From Callorhinchus milii (Eukaryota): DNA of 64,000 nt. The position numbers and the translations under genes are program-made. The notes under the pieces are model-generated. The model saw nothing but the letters and a program-made list of their open reading frames with translations, was not told the DNA's origin and did not search any database. How positions within the stretch are numbered: the stretch's first letter is position 1; the number at the start of each line of letters is the position of its first letter. The stretch is from contig NW_024704744.1 of the NCBI RefSeq assembly GCF_018977255.1, positions 17,732,001-17,796,000 of the forward strand, in the 5' to 3' direction. This document shows positions 24,004-37,090 of this stretch, piece after piece.

Positions 24004-24369
24004 TGTAACATCCTCCTCAAAACCACTCCGCCATGAGCAACAACCTTCACACAAAAAAACTAACACCTTACACACCAGCAGACTGAAAGGAAAATAAACT
24101 ATTGTGAAAGGCTTATTGGTGTGTTTGAATCTTCTAACAGCACTGTAGACTTCAAAGAGTTGATGAAAGTGCAATAAACCTAATATTGTCACTTTAAAAA
24201 CTCATTGCTGTAATGTCAAAATTGAAATTATGTTGATTAGGTAAAATTGGAGTGTCTGAAATCTGTATCGGAAAAACCTAACAGGTGAAATATTGTATGT
24301 TTTTACATCAGCATTTAAAATGAACATGAGGGAGCATAATCAAGGGAAAAGAAAATTGAGAGGTATGGG

Positions 24370-24487
24370 AATGGGATAGGGAGAGGGGATTAAAGGGTGT
24401 AGGTTCATATAGTGTATAAACACCATCTTGGACAAATTGGGCTGAATGGCATGTTTCCATGCTGTACAGAATATGTAATTCTATGCA
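24370..24487 (+). mobile_element. CR1 3' tail remnant
   Basis: gggattaaaggg...ttgggctgaatggcatgtttccatgctgta...aattctatg. Confidence 0.6.
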
Positions 24488-24744
24488 ACTGTTTCATTCT
24501 ATGATTGAAGCCATACTCTATGACGACAGGTCACAGAAACAACTCCATCATATATAAAAAAGAGGTTTCTCCATTTGTAGCTAATGGCCTACAATCGTTT
24601 AACAGCAGGCTTGGCTTCTCCTCTGGAAACATGCAGTACATTGTGCAATTTATCAAACCACATCTGTTACTATTCTGCTCTGCATGTTCTGAGGATAAGC
24701 GTTTCCAAAAAATCACTTATGCAGTTTGTTAAATACACTGTGGA

Positions 24745-24960
24745 TTTCATAGAATCAGAAAGCTTACAACACAGGAGACCATTCGACCAACTGTGTCTGT
24801 TCTGATGTTACCACCCCTATGGGAACTACCTATTTTAATCCCATTCTCCTGCTCTTCCCTTTTATTATTTTTTGCCATACCTTCAACACTGTTTCTGAAT
24901 CAGCTTTAATAACCATTTGTAGTAGGGAATTCTATATTCTGACTGTCCTCTGTGTAAAAA
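24745..24960 (-). mobile_element. CR1 3' end remnant
   Basis: catagaatcagaaagcttacaacacaggagaccattcg...gaattctatattctgactgtcctctgtgtaaaaa. Confidence 0.65.
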
Positions 24961-25019
24961 CAAATTGCAGCCTTCTCCCTCTCCCTGCCCCCCAAAAAAA
25001 CAAAATAACAACAAATTAC

Positions 25020-25840
25020 ATTAATATAGCATCTGTCTTGTCGTGACGACCTCCCAAGGTGCTGGACATTCGAGGATTTGTACCTGAGCTGGGAGTTGGA
25101 TTTGGGGGAAGTGGGGAATGAGCGAAGACACGGTCAAAGAGGAAGAGCATAAGAAATAGGAGGAGTAAGCCATTCGGACCCTCGAGCCTGCCCCGCCATT
25201 TAATAAGATCATGGCTGATCTTCTAACCTAATTCCATTTATAATATAATAATACTTGCATTTGATATAGCGCTTTTCACGTCTTCTTAGACGTCTCAAAG
25301 CGCTTCACAGAATATGTTGTAAAGTGAATTGACTGTATATCTGTGGGCGAACGCGGCAGCCAATTGCGCACAGCAATGTCCCACAAACAGTCGTAGATTG
25401 AAAATGACCAATTTATTATTGTTTTGTTTTTGGAGGGATTATTATTAGGTGTGTGGAGTAAGGAAACTTGCCCAAGGTATCGCCCTGCCTGGAATTGAAC
25501 TCAGGTGTCTCGCTTGCAAGGCGAGTGCTCTAACCACTGAGCTATAGGACTCCATTTTATCCGCCCTTACCCCATATCCCTTAATCCCTTTAGTTTTTAA
25601 AAATCTATCGATCTCAGTCTTGAATATATTAGGACAACACCTCCAACAATATCTTGAATATCTTCCTTCTTGAAGGAAGATCTGGTGACAGATCTTGAAG
25701 GAGGCGAGAGAAGGGGCAATGTGAAGAGACTCTAGGATGGAGTTCCAGAGAGTGAGGGCAGAAAGGCTGGACACCCAAACACAGATTGTGGGGCAGGCAG
25801 CAACAGGACGTGAAGCAGGTTAGTGCCGGCAGAGCGGGTT
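25020..25840 (-). mobile_element. L2 3' end interrupted by a CR1 3' end (25148-25630), itself interrupted by SINE A (25241-25553)
   Basis: L2 tail at 25020-25145 resumes at 25655 (gatcttgaaggaggcgag...ggagttccagag); CR1 tail taagaaataggaggagtaagccattcg...atggctgatc resumes at 25554 (cccatatcccttaatccc). Confidence 0.8.
25241..25553 (-). mobile_element. Young SINE family A, full length
   Basis: Matches other family A copies; tail loop variant acgtctaagaagacgt. Confidence 0.95.
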
Positions 25841-25934
25841 ATATAATAATAATAATTCTTGCATTTGATATAGAGCCTGATAACGTCTTCGAGACATCAC
25901 AAAGTGCTTCACAAAATATACTGTAAAGTGAATT

Positions 25935-26242
25935 GGAGTCCTGTAGCTCAGTGGTTAGAGCACTCGCTTTGCAAGTGAGAGACCTGAGTTCAATTCCAGA
26001 CAGGGCGAAACCTTGGGCAAGTTTCCTTACTCCACACGCCTAATAATAATCCCTCCAAAACAAAACAATAATAAATTGGTCATTTTCAATCCACGACTGT
26101 TTGTGGGACATTGCTGTGCGCAATTGGCTGCCGCGTTCGCCCACAAATATACAGTCAATTCACTTTACAGTATATTCTGTGAAGCGCTTTGGGACGTCCT
26201 CCCGACGTGAAAAGCACTATATCAAATGCAAGGATTATTATT
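25935..26242 (+). mobile_element. Young SINE family A inserted in an antisense SINE tail (25845-25934 and 26243-26268)
   Basis: TSD AATT at 25931-25934 and 26243-26246; host reads ctgtaaagtg-aatt-gactgtatatt when rejoined. Confidence 0.93.
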
Positions 26243-27494
26243 AATTGACTGTATATTTTGGGGGCGAAAGGATCTCCCAAGGTGCTGGAAAGTTGAGTAA
26301 CTTTAGTTTTGGACAATATCTGCTTCAAAATAATAATAATCTTTACATTTGGTATAAAGCATCTCTCATCGTGAGGATGTCCCAAAGTGCTTTACACTGT
26401 AAAGTTTACAGGATATATTGTGAAATGCAGTGGCGATGCGTTTTGTGGATGAAAAAGAATTATTAGTGTTCAGGAGTATCTACTAAACTCAATACAGAAT
26501 TCATTATACAATACTGAATCCTCTTCAAAACAGTTATTTGGGCTTAATGTCTCAGGCCCCAAGTCATAGACGATGATAAAATGGCTAACATGCAGGTCAT
26601 CAGGTTGTCACTGAGGTCACTTCCTGCACATTTAAAGCACTGTTAGCCTCATTTGCTGCTGATTGCATCCACGTGTGTTATAACAGGATTAATGTCATCT
26701 ACAGTATAGAATTAATGGACATGAATTCCTAGATCAAACACCACTTTGTTGCAATCTTAACTATTCAGTTCATAATGTGCTTTTCCTTTATGTCACTTTT
26801 CTTCCTTTTATTAGCATCTGCTTTCTTTTGTGTATTAGGGCTTGATTATGGCTACTCAAGAGTTTTGACACACAAGGTAAAATGTGTGATGGTAAAAAAA
26901 TTACTTCTGTATATAAAATGTCTGTCTGCAATGAACCACCATCTGGTTTTGGTGCATTGCAGCTGTATGCTACAAACACACTAAGATCACGTACAGCACA
27001 GCTCAGTTTCTCACACTTCCTATACAGAAAGAGCCAGGAACTTAAAGTCTCATAACTGCCACAAGACCACAATGCAATTACGGGCAACGTCTAAAATCAG
27101 CTGCTAGCTGTGGGTCATCTGAAGAGCAGTTAAGGTCACGAATACCAAACAAGATAGCTACTACCCAGCACCTTATAAAGAAAGGATATTCCCTCGGTAC
27201 AGGTTAGACGTGCAGCTAATTGTATTTAAATTACAAGCATAATCTGATATGGTCACATTCTGGTCAGGTATTTATAATAGTTCATTACAATTTTGGCTTC
27301 AAATTAAAAAAAAGATCCTTAATCGTTCCAAAGGAAAGTGAAAATGCCATGTTTGAACGCAAAATTACAAATACTCTTATCTGTCCAAATCAGGTGTGCT
27401 TAGTCGTCCAAACATTTAGTGGGTTAGGGTTTATTTAGGCATTTAATAAACACAGGAATTCAGCACAATGAAAAATTTGACCATTTCTCCTCGT

Positions 27495-27849
27495 GGAGTC
27501 CTGGAGCTCAGTGGTTGGAGCACTTGCCTTGCAAGCGAGCGACCTGGGTTCGATTCCCGGCAGGGCAAAATGTTGGGTAAGTTTCCTTACTCCACACTTA
27601 CCTAGCAGTAAGTTGGAAACCAGTTGTTAGTCGATTGGTGGATTGCTTTTCTGGGTGTAATAGTTCCTTCAAAAAAAAATTGGTCACTTCAATCCATGAC
27701 TGTTTGTGGGACAATTGGCTGCCACGTTTTGCCCACAAAGTATACAATCAATTCACTTGACAGTATATTCTGTGAAGCACTTTTGAGACGCCTCAAAGAC
27801 GTGATAAAGCACTGTATCAAATGCAAGGATTATTGTAATGTTTATTATT
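27495..27849 (+). mobile_element. SINE family A, older long subfamily
   Basis: ggagtcctggagctcagtgg...gggttcgattcc head; extra block ttacctagcagtaagttggaaaccagttgttagtcgattgg; L2-type tail. Confidence 0.9.
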
Positions 27850-27994
27850 TAAATTAACCATTAAGCTTTCACTACATGTCACTAAACAGAGGTTGGAAGA
27901 ACAATACTTAATGTTGCTCTTTTCCTATATATCTCTCTACCCCACTCTCCACAGGTTGGCTCTGTTGAGATCCCGCAGGCCTCCACTTGTATCC

Positions 27995-28475
27995 ACCCAG
28001 ATGGTGGGTTCAAGCTCTATGTCAAGGCTTGAGCTGATATTCTAGGTTAGTCTGATACTTCAATTCTATATCGAGTACTATCGGGAAAGTTGCATTGTCA
28101 GAGGTGCTGTCTTTCGATAAGAAGTCAATTCAAGTTTCCATCTGTCTGTCTGAACAGAGTTTAAAAATCCCTCGTGAAAAGAGACAGGAGTTACATGAAA
28201 ATAATTGTTATATATAGTATTTTTATACTTATATACTGTATTTTATTTATATAGCTTGATTGGGGAAATGGCTGGTTAATGGGACTGAAAGCATTGATCT
28301 AAGAGAAGAGTGATGTGCAGTAACCCAGCACAGACACGATGGGCCAAATGGCCTTTGGTGCTGTAAATTTCTATGGTTTCTGTGATGACCTTTCACTACA
28401 CTTTACAGGAAATCCTGTGGAGCATTTTGAGACATTATTCCAACATGAAAGGGGCTATATCAACTGAAAGAATTA
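27995..28475 (+). mobile_element. Old DeuSINE (family B) with an internal CR1 tail (28255-28385)
   Basis: gtgggttcaag...ttgcattgtcagaggtgctgtctttcgat; CR1 tail cacgatgggccaaatggcct...ttctatggtttctgtg; SINE tail at 28390-28475. Confidence 0.6.
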
Positions 28476-29829
28476 TCATATCATTTAGAAAAGCATCTTT
28501 AGAGGTCAAAGATAACTATACCATTGAGGAGCCAAATATTTTGTGGAAGACAAAGTTGTAGCTTGTTTTCAGACAGTAGCAGCCTATTGGCATCATGCGG
28601 CGCCTTGGCTTGCCAACCAATTTGAGAATTTGATTCTACTGCTTTTATTTGTAACCCTTGTGCTCCATGCACCATGCATACAAGTGTGGGGTGGGGGGAA
28701 GAGAACATTTCCTCTCCTTACTTATTCTTCACATTTCAGTGTCAGATTCCTGTCTAAATCACTAGGAGACAATCTCTGTGTGAAGCTCAATGTGTTCTTT
28801 GAGGATTAGTTCACATGTGGACTCCATAATAAGGCAACTGTTACCACAAAGCAGTACAAAATTTTTACTGGCTCACTGGAAAAGGCACTGATTAAGCGCA
28901 GATGTGGAACATTGCTTTAACTCAAATAAATCCGCTGACCTGTGTTCGACACCTGAACAGCCTAAAGATACAAAATGAAAGGTGGGAACTTACAGAACAT
29001 GTTGCCCAACACATTTACATTTTACCCACTGAATTTTTGATAGTATCCTGATAATTACAAATTCCTACCATTTTTATCTCTCTCCTAAATCTACAATGCT
29101 AGGTTGCACAGCAATTTTGCTTACTTCAAGTGCATATGGCTTTGCTTCTTCGACTACCCATCACTGGTTTGCATTGTTTTTCATTTTTAAATTTCTCCAT
29201 TCACGCAAAGAGAAACAGAAGATGCCGAAGATGGAGGCAAACAGAAATTCAGCAGCACTGATACAATTTTTCACAGGCTTTAATGCATTTCACAGAATAC
29301 TCAAGATCTCTCCAGAGGGTTTAGTTTCCAAACCAGCATTCCTAACCCCAAATCTTCCTGAATATTTGAGCATGTTTTTTGTCATGTATGAAGTTCTCAA
29401 ATATTGTGTACTTCAACACAGTAAATCATATATTAACCATAGAAAGAACCTGCATTTTTATAGCACCGGATCACATGAAAACGTCAAAGTCGCTTCACAA
29501 ATTATTAATGTCAACTACAGTGATTGTTTTGAAGGCAAACGAGGCAAACACTTCAGCCAGCAAGGATCCTCAAACAGTGATAATGCAGCATTTTGATTAC
29601 ATACAGTACTGTAATCATTACATGTGTAAATCATTATGTTTAAATGTAAGACTATAACTGAGTTTTACTCTACAAAATATGCATTTATAGAAACATCAAG
29701 ACTACAATTCTGCTAGATAGATTTGGCAGTAAAGCCAAACATCCTGTTTTTTTATTGCTGCTCACACTGCTTGGACCCAGTCAACCAACGCCTCCAGGAC
29801 TCTTAATTTTCTCTCCTCATTGGTAAGTT

Positions 29830-30025
29830 TTATCCTGTTCATGTGCTTCCCATTCCTATTTTTAATTACAATATTCAATCCCTTGCATTTATCCTTATTG
29901 AACCCAATTTGAAAGTGGTCAGCCGAGGTGCATCCCTGTTGAACTCACTTTGTAAGATCATGGCTGCCTCATCTGATTCCACGGTTCTCCCTGAACCTGG
30001 AGCCGTGGCAAATTTAGCTATTTAC
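29830..30025 (-). mobile_element. Decayed CR1 RT fragment
   Basis: Minus strand AKFA...ESDEAA..LQSE.NR...FNKDKCK resembles the CR1 region after KFADD. Confidence 0.6.
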
Positions 30026-31429
30026 ACTGAATGTTTGAGTTGGGGCTTGGGGGGGGGTCAAGGAAAACAAACTAGTTTTGTTTATTGGTTTCCCAATTTC
30101 TTTATTGGTGTCAGTCCAGTATCCGATATGCAGCAATCCAATATCAACAGCAGAATTTAACTCTGATAGACATTTTGTAGTTTCACTGGATTAGATCATC
30201 CTCTTAAGTCCCCTTATCCCCACTACCCAAGATACATTACATCCCAGCAATCTCTGACCAAGAGAATAAACTGCTACCAAGGCCATTACTGCTCCCAACC
30301 ATCTCCCACTCAGCATCTTACATATACATGTCCCCTCAATACTGAAAACTCGGTATATTGTGAAGGGTGCAATTATGGGGTACAATGTTGCAACTAAATC
30401 ATGTATGAAGTAGCTATACTGACCACCTGTTGTGCATGTTATTGTAATTAGGCCATCTTAATTTGTCTTCAGTCCCACAGAGCTAACAGCAATCCATCAA
30501 GAAGTCCCTGTAGCTTTTTTGTACATTGAGGTTAATTTAAATTTCATGAGCTAACATCTGCAAGATGCAGTCTTCAGCAATAATCACTCTCTCCAACAGT
30601 ATTTACTGCTATGGATACAAAAGGATAATTCTTGGCTGCTAGCCTTATTATGATATACACAATCTAATACAATAGACAGCTTCTAACACGTACAATATGC
30701 TATTAGTTTTATTGAAAGCTTCAATGTGCCACCATTTCACAGTTCAAGACTCTTCAAATGCTTTCTCTCACTACTCCAAAGCCTAGCCACCCAAACACAC
30801 ACGAAGAGCAATGGATATGTGTAAAAAAAACAGACTGCTAAAACAGCTAAGTTACTCAAAACCTTCAAATGGTTGGAAATGGGGTTGAAAGTTGCACGGA
30901 TAGGCATAGGATAAACAACCTACGCTACAGAACACAATACTTATGGGGCTCGGATTGAACAGTAAGAATGATAGGCTGAAAGAATATCATGGATATCAAC
31001 TTTTGCGAAACTGGAGCATTTATCCCAAACATTGTTCGCTCAGAAAATGAAGTGGGTTTAAATTTAAATGGTCTGCAGAGACATGTGGCTTGATAGAGCA
31101 AACTGCCTCTTCTTCTTCTCACTGTTCCTTAATTTGATACACTAAGCCAGTGTTGATTTATGTTAGCCACATGAAATTGCATTTTTGATGAGTAATTAAA
31201 AAATGAGTAATAGATACCATTGATAGGCATGTGATTTCAATACTCAAGATTTCCATGGTGAATGCACGTGCATTTTGACCTTTTTGTGCTTTGTTGGTAC
31301 AATGGTAAAAGAAAGCAGCGTGTGCGTGCATTTTTGATCATTGTGTGAGCTTCACTTTCTTGGTTATCTGCTAAAATGGTGTGTAACATGGGTGAAACCG
31401 CTGGATTTCGGCACTGTGGAAACAGGAGA

Positions 31430-31731
31430 AGAGAGCTGTCAATCGCTCCAGGCTCCATTTCTCTACCCACCCTCTTCGTTCAGCCAGCTCATGTCTTCTG
31501 TATTTCCCCTGACTGGTCTGCTCCATCATCAGCTACCACATCCCAAATCTCTGGAACTCCCTGCCTCAATCTCTTTGCCTTACCCCCTCTTTACCCATCT
31601 TCAAATAGTAATATTTTCTTTTCGAGCCTATGGTTACCTCCATTTTAATTTTATGTCTCGACATCAAACCATTGTTCAGGGCTCAGTGACACTACCCCGC
31701 CTGAAGGGTGCTACATAAATGAGGTTGTTGT
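31430..31731 (+). mobile_element. Old L2 3' end
   Basis: ctctggaactccctgcctcaatctc (LWNSLPQS) and tail gacactaccccgcctgaagggtgctacataaatgaggttgttg. Confidence 0.7.
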
Positions 31732-34700
31732 ATTTCTGGTATCATGCATTCTTGCGTAATAACTATAGATGATTCTGCATTACCCTTCACTGGAATCACT
31801 ATTGAACCCACAAGCCAAGATTGAACACGAGTTGCCAGAGTAGCAATATTGTTAATCTGAAGTATAAGTTATTTTCTCACATTGAATGTAAAATACAAAT
31901 AATGTGGCATTTTAGGTTGAACGGAACCTCTACAGTACACATCAACTAACTGTGAAAAACAGAGGATATACAGTTGAGAGCCAATGAAATTCACTATTAA
32001 TTAAACAAGGATATATGGATGACTGTTTACCAAACTAATGAAGAAACAAACAATATGAAGATAACCACACTAAGTGCCAAAAGCAATTTATTACTTGATT
32101 TTGAAACAAAGCACACAAGACACCAGTAACGTCTTGAACATATTGAAATCTTTACGAAGGATGTGTTGAGCAACAATGAACATTAGGTCACATTGCACAT
32201 GTACATACGATTTATTCATAGCATATACAATGCAGCACAGACAGTCCAAACTGGTTCTCTACACAACAGTAGCTGTCTTTATTTTGCTCACTAGTTAATT
32301 ATCCTACATCAATTACAGTTACATTTCAGAGTACAAATGAATCAAAAACTCTTGTTCCATGCCAATTATTCCAAAAACAGTTCAATTTTATTTTAAGTTT
32401 ATAAATGAATTAAAATTCAGATCAGCATATTTTGCAGGTCTCTGGACTCAAAAGAAAGTCTAACATATCCTCCTCTTCTAAGTCTTTGAAACTGAAAACA
32501 TAAAAGCAACAGTAGTGTATAGTTCCCTTTCTTCTTCCCACACGTTTTTAACCGCCTTCCTGCAGGGGTTGTAATGTAATTCAAAGTATAATGGCAGCAC
32601 ACATTCTTACTTACAGTAGTTCCACTGTGCACCTTGAAATGAAAAATGGTTCTCATTTCACTGAAAGAGACTTTAAAACAAATACAAACAGTGATAATGA
32701 CTTGACGGTTTCTGTACACTGGTAATGTGAACAGCAGTTTAATTCTGCAGATAATCAAGTAACAAAACATTTTACCTTATACGGTCAAAGATGTAAGGAA
32801 GTTGCTAAGGCTGTTCATTTCCTTTCCAGTAAGATGAATTAAGCTACCGTATATCCATTTGTACTCACATCTCCCGCCACCTTCCCCTGCCCTCCCCCCA
32901 AGCCCAGCCAGGACCCACCAACTGTGCAAGCCTTACAACAGCTGAGGATTTTTTAAAAAATATATGAATCCATGTTCAATTACCTGATGAAATTAAACCA
33001 TTTCCATGACAACACTCAAAGAAAATAGTATTCATTTGATGGGGTGGGGGAATTGGAAATAAGAGTCTCTACTTGACGTTTCAATTGTTTGCTGAAAACT
33101 GTCTTACTTCAAACTAACAATCATCACTGATTTTTTCATCAAATGCCTTATTGAGGCCACTCCACACACAGCAACGTAAAGCAGCGAGACATGCATACAA
33201 GCATGCATACCATTTGCTTATGTATTCAGCAATTCATCTTTCATATCACATCTTTACATAATTCTGTATCTCAATATGCCTCCCACATATCCATCATTTA
33301 AATGCCAGCTCAGCTTGACCTAATCTACACAATTCAAGCTTCATTTCATATTTCCCTTGCAGTTACCGTTTTATTCATCTTCGGGAGAAAGTAACAGAAG
33401 AATAATTCTATGGTCATGGTTCACTGATAATGCCACTCAACAACCAGAACAAAACAACAATTGAAATGGGACAATCATCATTGTTGCATGAACAGAGAAA
33501 TACACAATATTGCTGTTAAACAACTGTACTACAGCTCTGCAGCTTTGTAATATAAAAATAACCAAATGCTTTTTTTAAAAAAATCTAATTAAAACAAAAC
33601 AAGATTTTCAGTGGAGAAAAAAATGCTGTCCGTTTCATCATACTCCTTTTTCAGAGATCATATTAGCTTCTGTCAAACCTTATCTTCTTATCAATTCTGA
33701 ACTAAATATTTAACTGATTCATGAATAGAGTATTCTTCCTGCAAATCGCACTGCTTCATTCTTGAATAATTTGTTCATCTGTCATTTTAATGAGTCTTTT
33801 CTCACCCTTGACTTTGACCAATCCAAGACACACACTAACCTTTAGTGAATACCATCCCTGGACACAGACCAACATTCAGGGAATAGTCTCAGCACCACAC
33901 TGGTCTGATGATGTAACACACACTCTACACTACACTACACTGGGTTTGTCAAAATAGGGACTTGGCTACAGATGGGTTCTATTGTTTGGAACTGGCATTG
34001 AAATAGGGATTTGCATAGAACTGACATGAAAAAAACGGCAGCATTTTGCTTGTGTATTCAGCAATTCATCATTCACATCATATCGTTATATAATTCTGTG
34101 TTGGTCTGAAAATGGGGATTGACATAGTATTCATGTAAAAAATGGCAGCATAACTGGATCAGTATTAGGACCTGGAGACTAAATAACACTTAGAAATGAC
34201 CACTCTACCTGTTAGGGCTTTGACTTGCAGGGTGAACAGGACTGGCCCTCAGTGACTGATCTGCCCTTCCATTCACTTTGATTCGAGAGAGAAGCAGTTT
34301 CACACATGAAAAAACGAATCACAAGCAGTCAGAGATAGGTTTTTTGTAGAAAGGCGAATACAATTAATTTACAAAAATACAAGAAAAACACATGGGCATT
34401 CAAACACTGTGGGCATTCAGAAACTGAAATCACAAACATAATTTGGAATTAGCTAAATGTCATTTGGAAAAAGGGCAACTTTTGGACTTGTTTTATCTGT
34501 ACACTCATGNAAAAAATATAAATGCACTGGTCAGAAATGCAACCATCTCCTTATTAATTTAAGGATTTTTAAGACTTAAAACTGTTACATTTTCACACAT
34601 AATGCACTTTTGTCCCCCAGTTCTGCAGATATTTGCCCGTAACATAATGCCAGACATTTTCCAACAGTAAAGTGAATATTATAAAAGAAAAATGACAATA

Positions 34701-35424
34701 ACCTTCATTAAGACTTATTCTCAAGCTAGGAATGCTAACAATCTACCACGGTTGTGCAGGCACAACTGCTGACTCACAAACGTCAAGCAGGGTTTAACCA
34801 AACGACATGTAGCACTTCCTCTTACCAGACCCAGAGGTTTTTTTAATGGAATTCCCTGCTTCGTTTGCTATGTAGAGAAGTGAAAAATAACACTGATTTG
34901 CTGCTCAAAGGAGTCCTTTAAATATCCACAAAATAGTTCTGCAAAATTTTTTTTTACAGTATAAGCCTCTTAAGTAGAACAAACCAAAGGCAAACAAACT
35001 GCTCTCAAAAGCCCATCATTCTTACTGAGAAACATGCCAGGGACATTCACTGATCGCAATAGTACATTCTGTAAATGTCCAAGAACTATCCAATCTTTAA
35101 CAAGTTAAAAAATAACCAGCATGTGAAATCCATTTGTACCACGGAACAAGTATATTTTGTACCTCAATATTTCAATATTCACCAATGATTAGCATTTTTA
35201 TTTCTTCAACTTTTTCCTCAACATCAGAAAATAAATGTTTAAGTAGTCCGAAAAATCACAACACTAATCTAAATGATACCTTGAGTAGAAACACAGTACA
35301 GTAGACAATCAACCCCATAAACCACACGGAGACCCGAAACTCTAAACACACAGACAACCTAATTATGCTCCTTTTAGGCCAAAAAGAAGTCCACTTCTTG
35401 ATCATGAAGAGCATTGTATTTGTC

Positions 35425-35998
35425 CATATGACACATGTGGAAACCTATCATAATGCTTAAGAGTATTCCAAACCATACAGATGGAGTTCCACATCTTTAT
35501 GTCACCTCTGCTTGAAACTTTCCTGTGTCATGGAATGGAATGCACTCTCTCTCCCTAGGCGCAGCTTGGCAAGAACCAAGGCTTGGGAATCCCAGAGTCC
35601 ACACTGTGGTACTGCTGGAGTTTAACCAGTTAAAAAACTTACCATTAGGAGCACTGCCTGGCAAGCTTCCCAATGAGCTAGGATCACCCTACCAATTACA
35701 GCTTTAACTTGCAAGATTACCAGGAGCTGAATGGAAAGGTTCTCTGCCTCCAGTGACCAGCCTACTCTTCCAATTCCTGTGAACAAGCCAGGCTAGCTGG
35801 TCTACCATTTGCTACGTCTTGAGCGATGGCAATATTACAGACCTGCCTGGTGCTGAGGAACCGGAGACCAAAACTGCGACAGAGGATCAACTTGATTCCA
35901 ATATTCCATTGCCAAGCATATGCAGCCAGTTCAGTCCAAAGGAAACCCTATTTGTTCTCACTCTCTCTCCTCCCCTGAGAACAGTCACTAGCTGGTCA
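35425..35998 (-). mobile_element. Family X retroposon, near full length
   Basis: atgcttaagagtattccaaacc, ccaaggcttggg, gtactgctggagtttaaccag, ctaggatcaccctacc, ttgccaagcatat, gtcactagctggtca. Confidence 0.85.
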
Positions 35999-36322
35999 TC
36001 TATCTTCTATACCAATTAAGACGTAATGTTTGTGTGTCTGTCTGTCTGCTAAGAACTCAATAACCGATTGATATGCAGACACGACTTATACCTCATCGGA
36101 AAGGTCTTGCATGCCGGAGTGTCACGGGCATATTTTTGATGGATCTGTCCTGTCGTTGATGAGCTATGACCTAAAGAAGCTCATCACACATGTATGGCAG
36201 TTTTGCTTAAGTATATACGCAGTGTCTATGGCATGTCAAATGGTTTGTGAATGGTATCACTGAAATCTACATTCCATATTGGATCCTTTGGTTGCAAGTG
36301 TAGCTGTAACGGGTACAGCTAG
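35999..36322 (+). mobile_element. Non-autonomous Helitron (324 bp, shorter relative of 21616-22332)
   Basis: A|TCTATCTTCTATACCAATTAAGACG...gttgcaagtgtagctgtaacgggtacagCTAG|T; shares ttatacctcatc.gaaagg and ttccatattggat.ctttggttgcaag with the other copy. Confidence 0.85.
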
Positions 36323-36474
36323 TTTAACATAACACAGCAGGTCTTGAGTTCTTATTAGGTAGAATCATGAAGCACCATTTACCTATCTGAAGCATATAAT
36401 GGGAACTATTTTTAGGATTCTATCAAGAATTTTCATATTATGACTTAAATAATGCATTCATGTCCAAATCCTAG

Positions 36475-36770
36475 GAACATAAGAATGTAGGAAGCGGAGT
36501 TGGCCCTTCAGCCACTTAGGCCTGTTCCATCATTCTATTAGATCATAGCTGATAGAATCATAGAATTATAGAATTATACAGCACAGAAGGAGGCCATTCG
36601 GCCCATCGTATCTGTACCGGCTCTTTGAAGAGCTATCCAAATCAATCCCACTCCCCCCGCTCTCTCCTCATAGGCCTGCAAACTAATTATCTAGCTCTCT
36701 CTAAAATTTGTCTGTACCTTAACTCTATTTGCCTGCCTTTTCTTCATAATCCCTTGATACCCTTAACTAA
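36475..36770 (-). mobile_element. Two nested CR1 3' tails
   Basis: Outer aacataagaa..taggaagcggagttggcc...agatcatagctgat resumes as ctgtaccttaactc...cccttgataccctt; inner (tagaatta)n cagcacagaaggaggccattcggccc at 36553-36700. Confidence 0.75.
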
Positions 36771-36787
36771 ACAAACTACTGTGGTTA

Positions 36788-37090
36788 ATAATAATATTTG
36801 ATGTAGCATCGTCCATGTCAGTAGGATGTCTCAAAGTGCTTCCAAGTGACCGTGTATGTTGTATGCAAATGCAGAAGCTGATTTGAGCACAGCAATGTCC
36901 TAAAAATAGCCATGAACTGAATGATCAATTTTATCATCAATTTGTTGGCCAGGACTCAAAGAGAAACGCCCTTCTCCTTTCAAATAATGCCATTGAATCT
37001 TTACCTAAAAAGCCCAAAGTGGGCTTTGGTTTAACATCTGAACTGAAAGATGGCATCTCCAACAATGCAGGACATACCCAGCACTGTATT
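36788..37090 (-). mobile_element. Old DeuSINE (family B)
   Basis: gcacagcaatgtcc, tgttggccaggac, ttggtttaacatc...gaaagatggcatctccaacaatgcag. Confidence 0.75.

Noticed and set aside
29096-29596. 166-aa ORF
   Set aside because: No recognisable domain, and its C-terminal third is an antisense SINE tail (~29440-29580)
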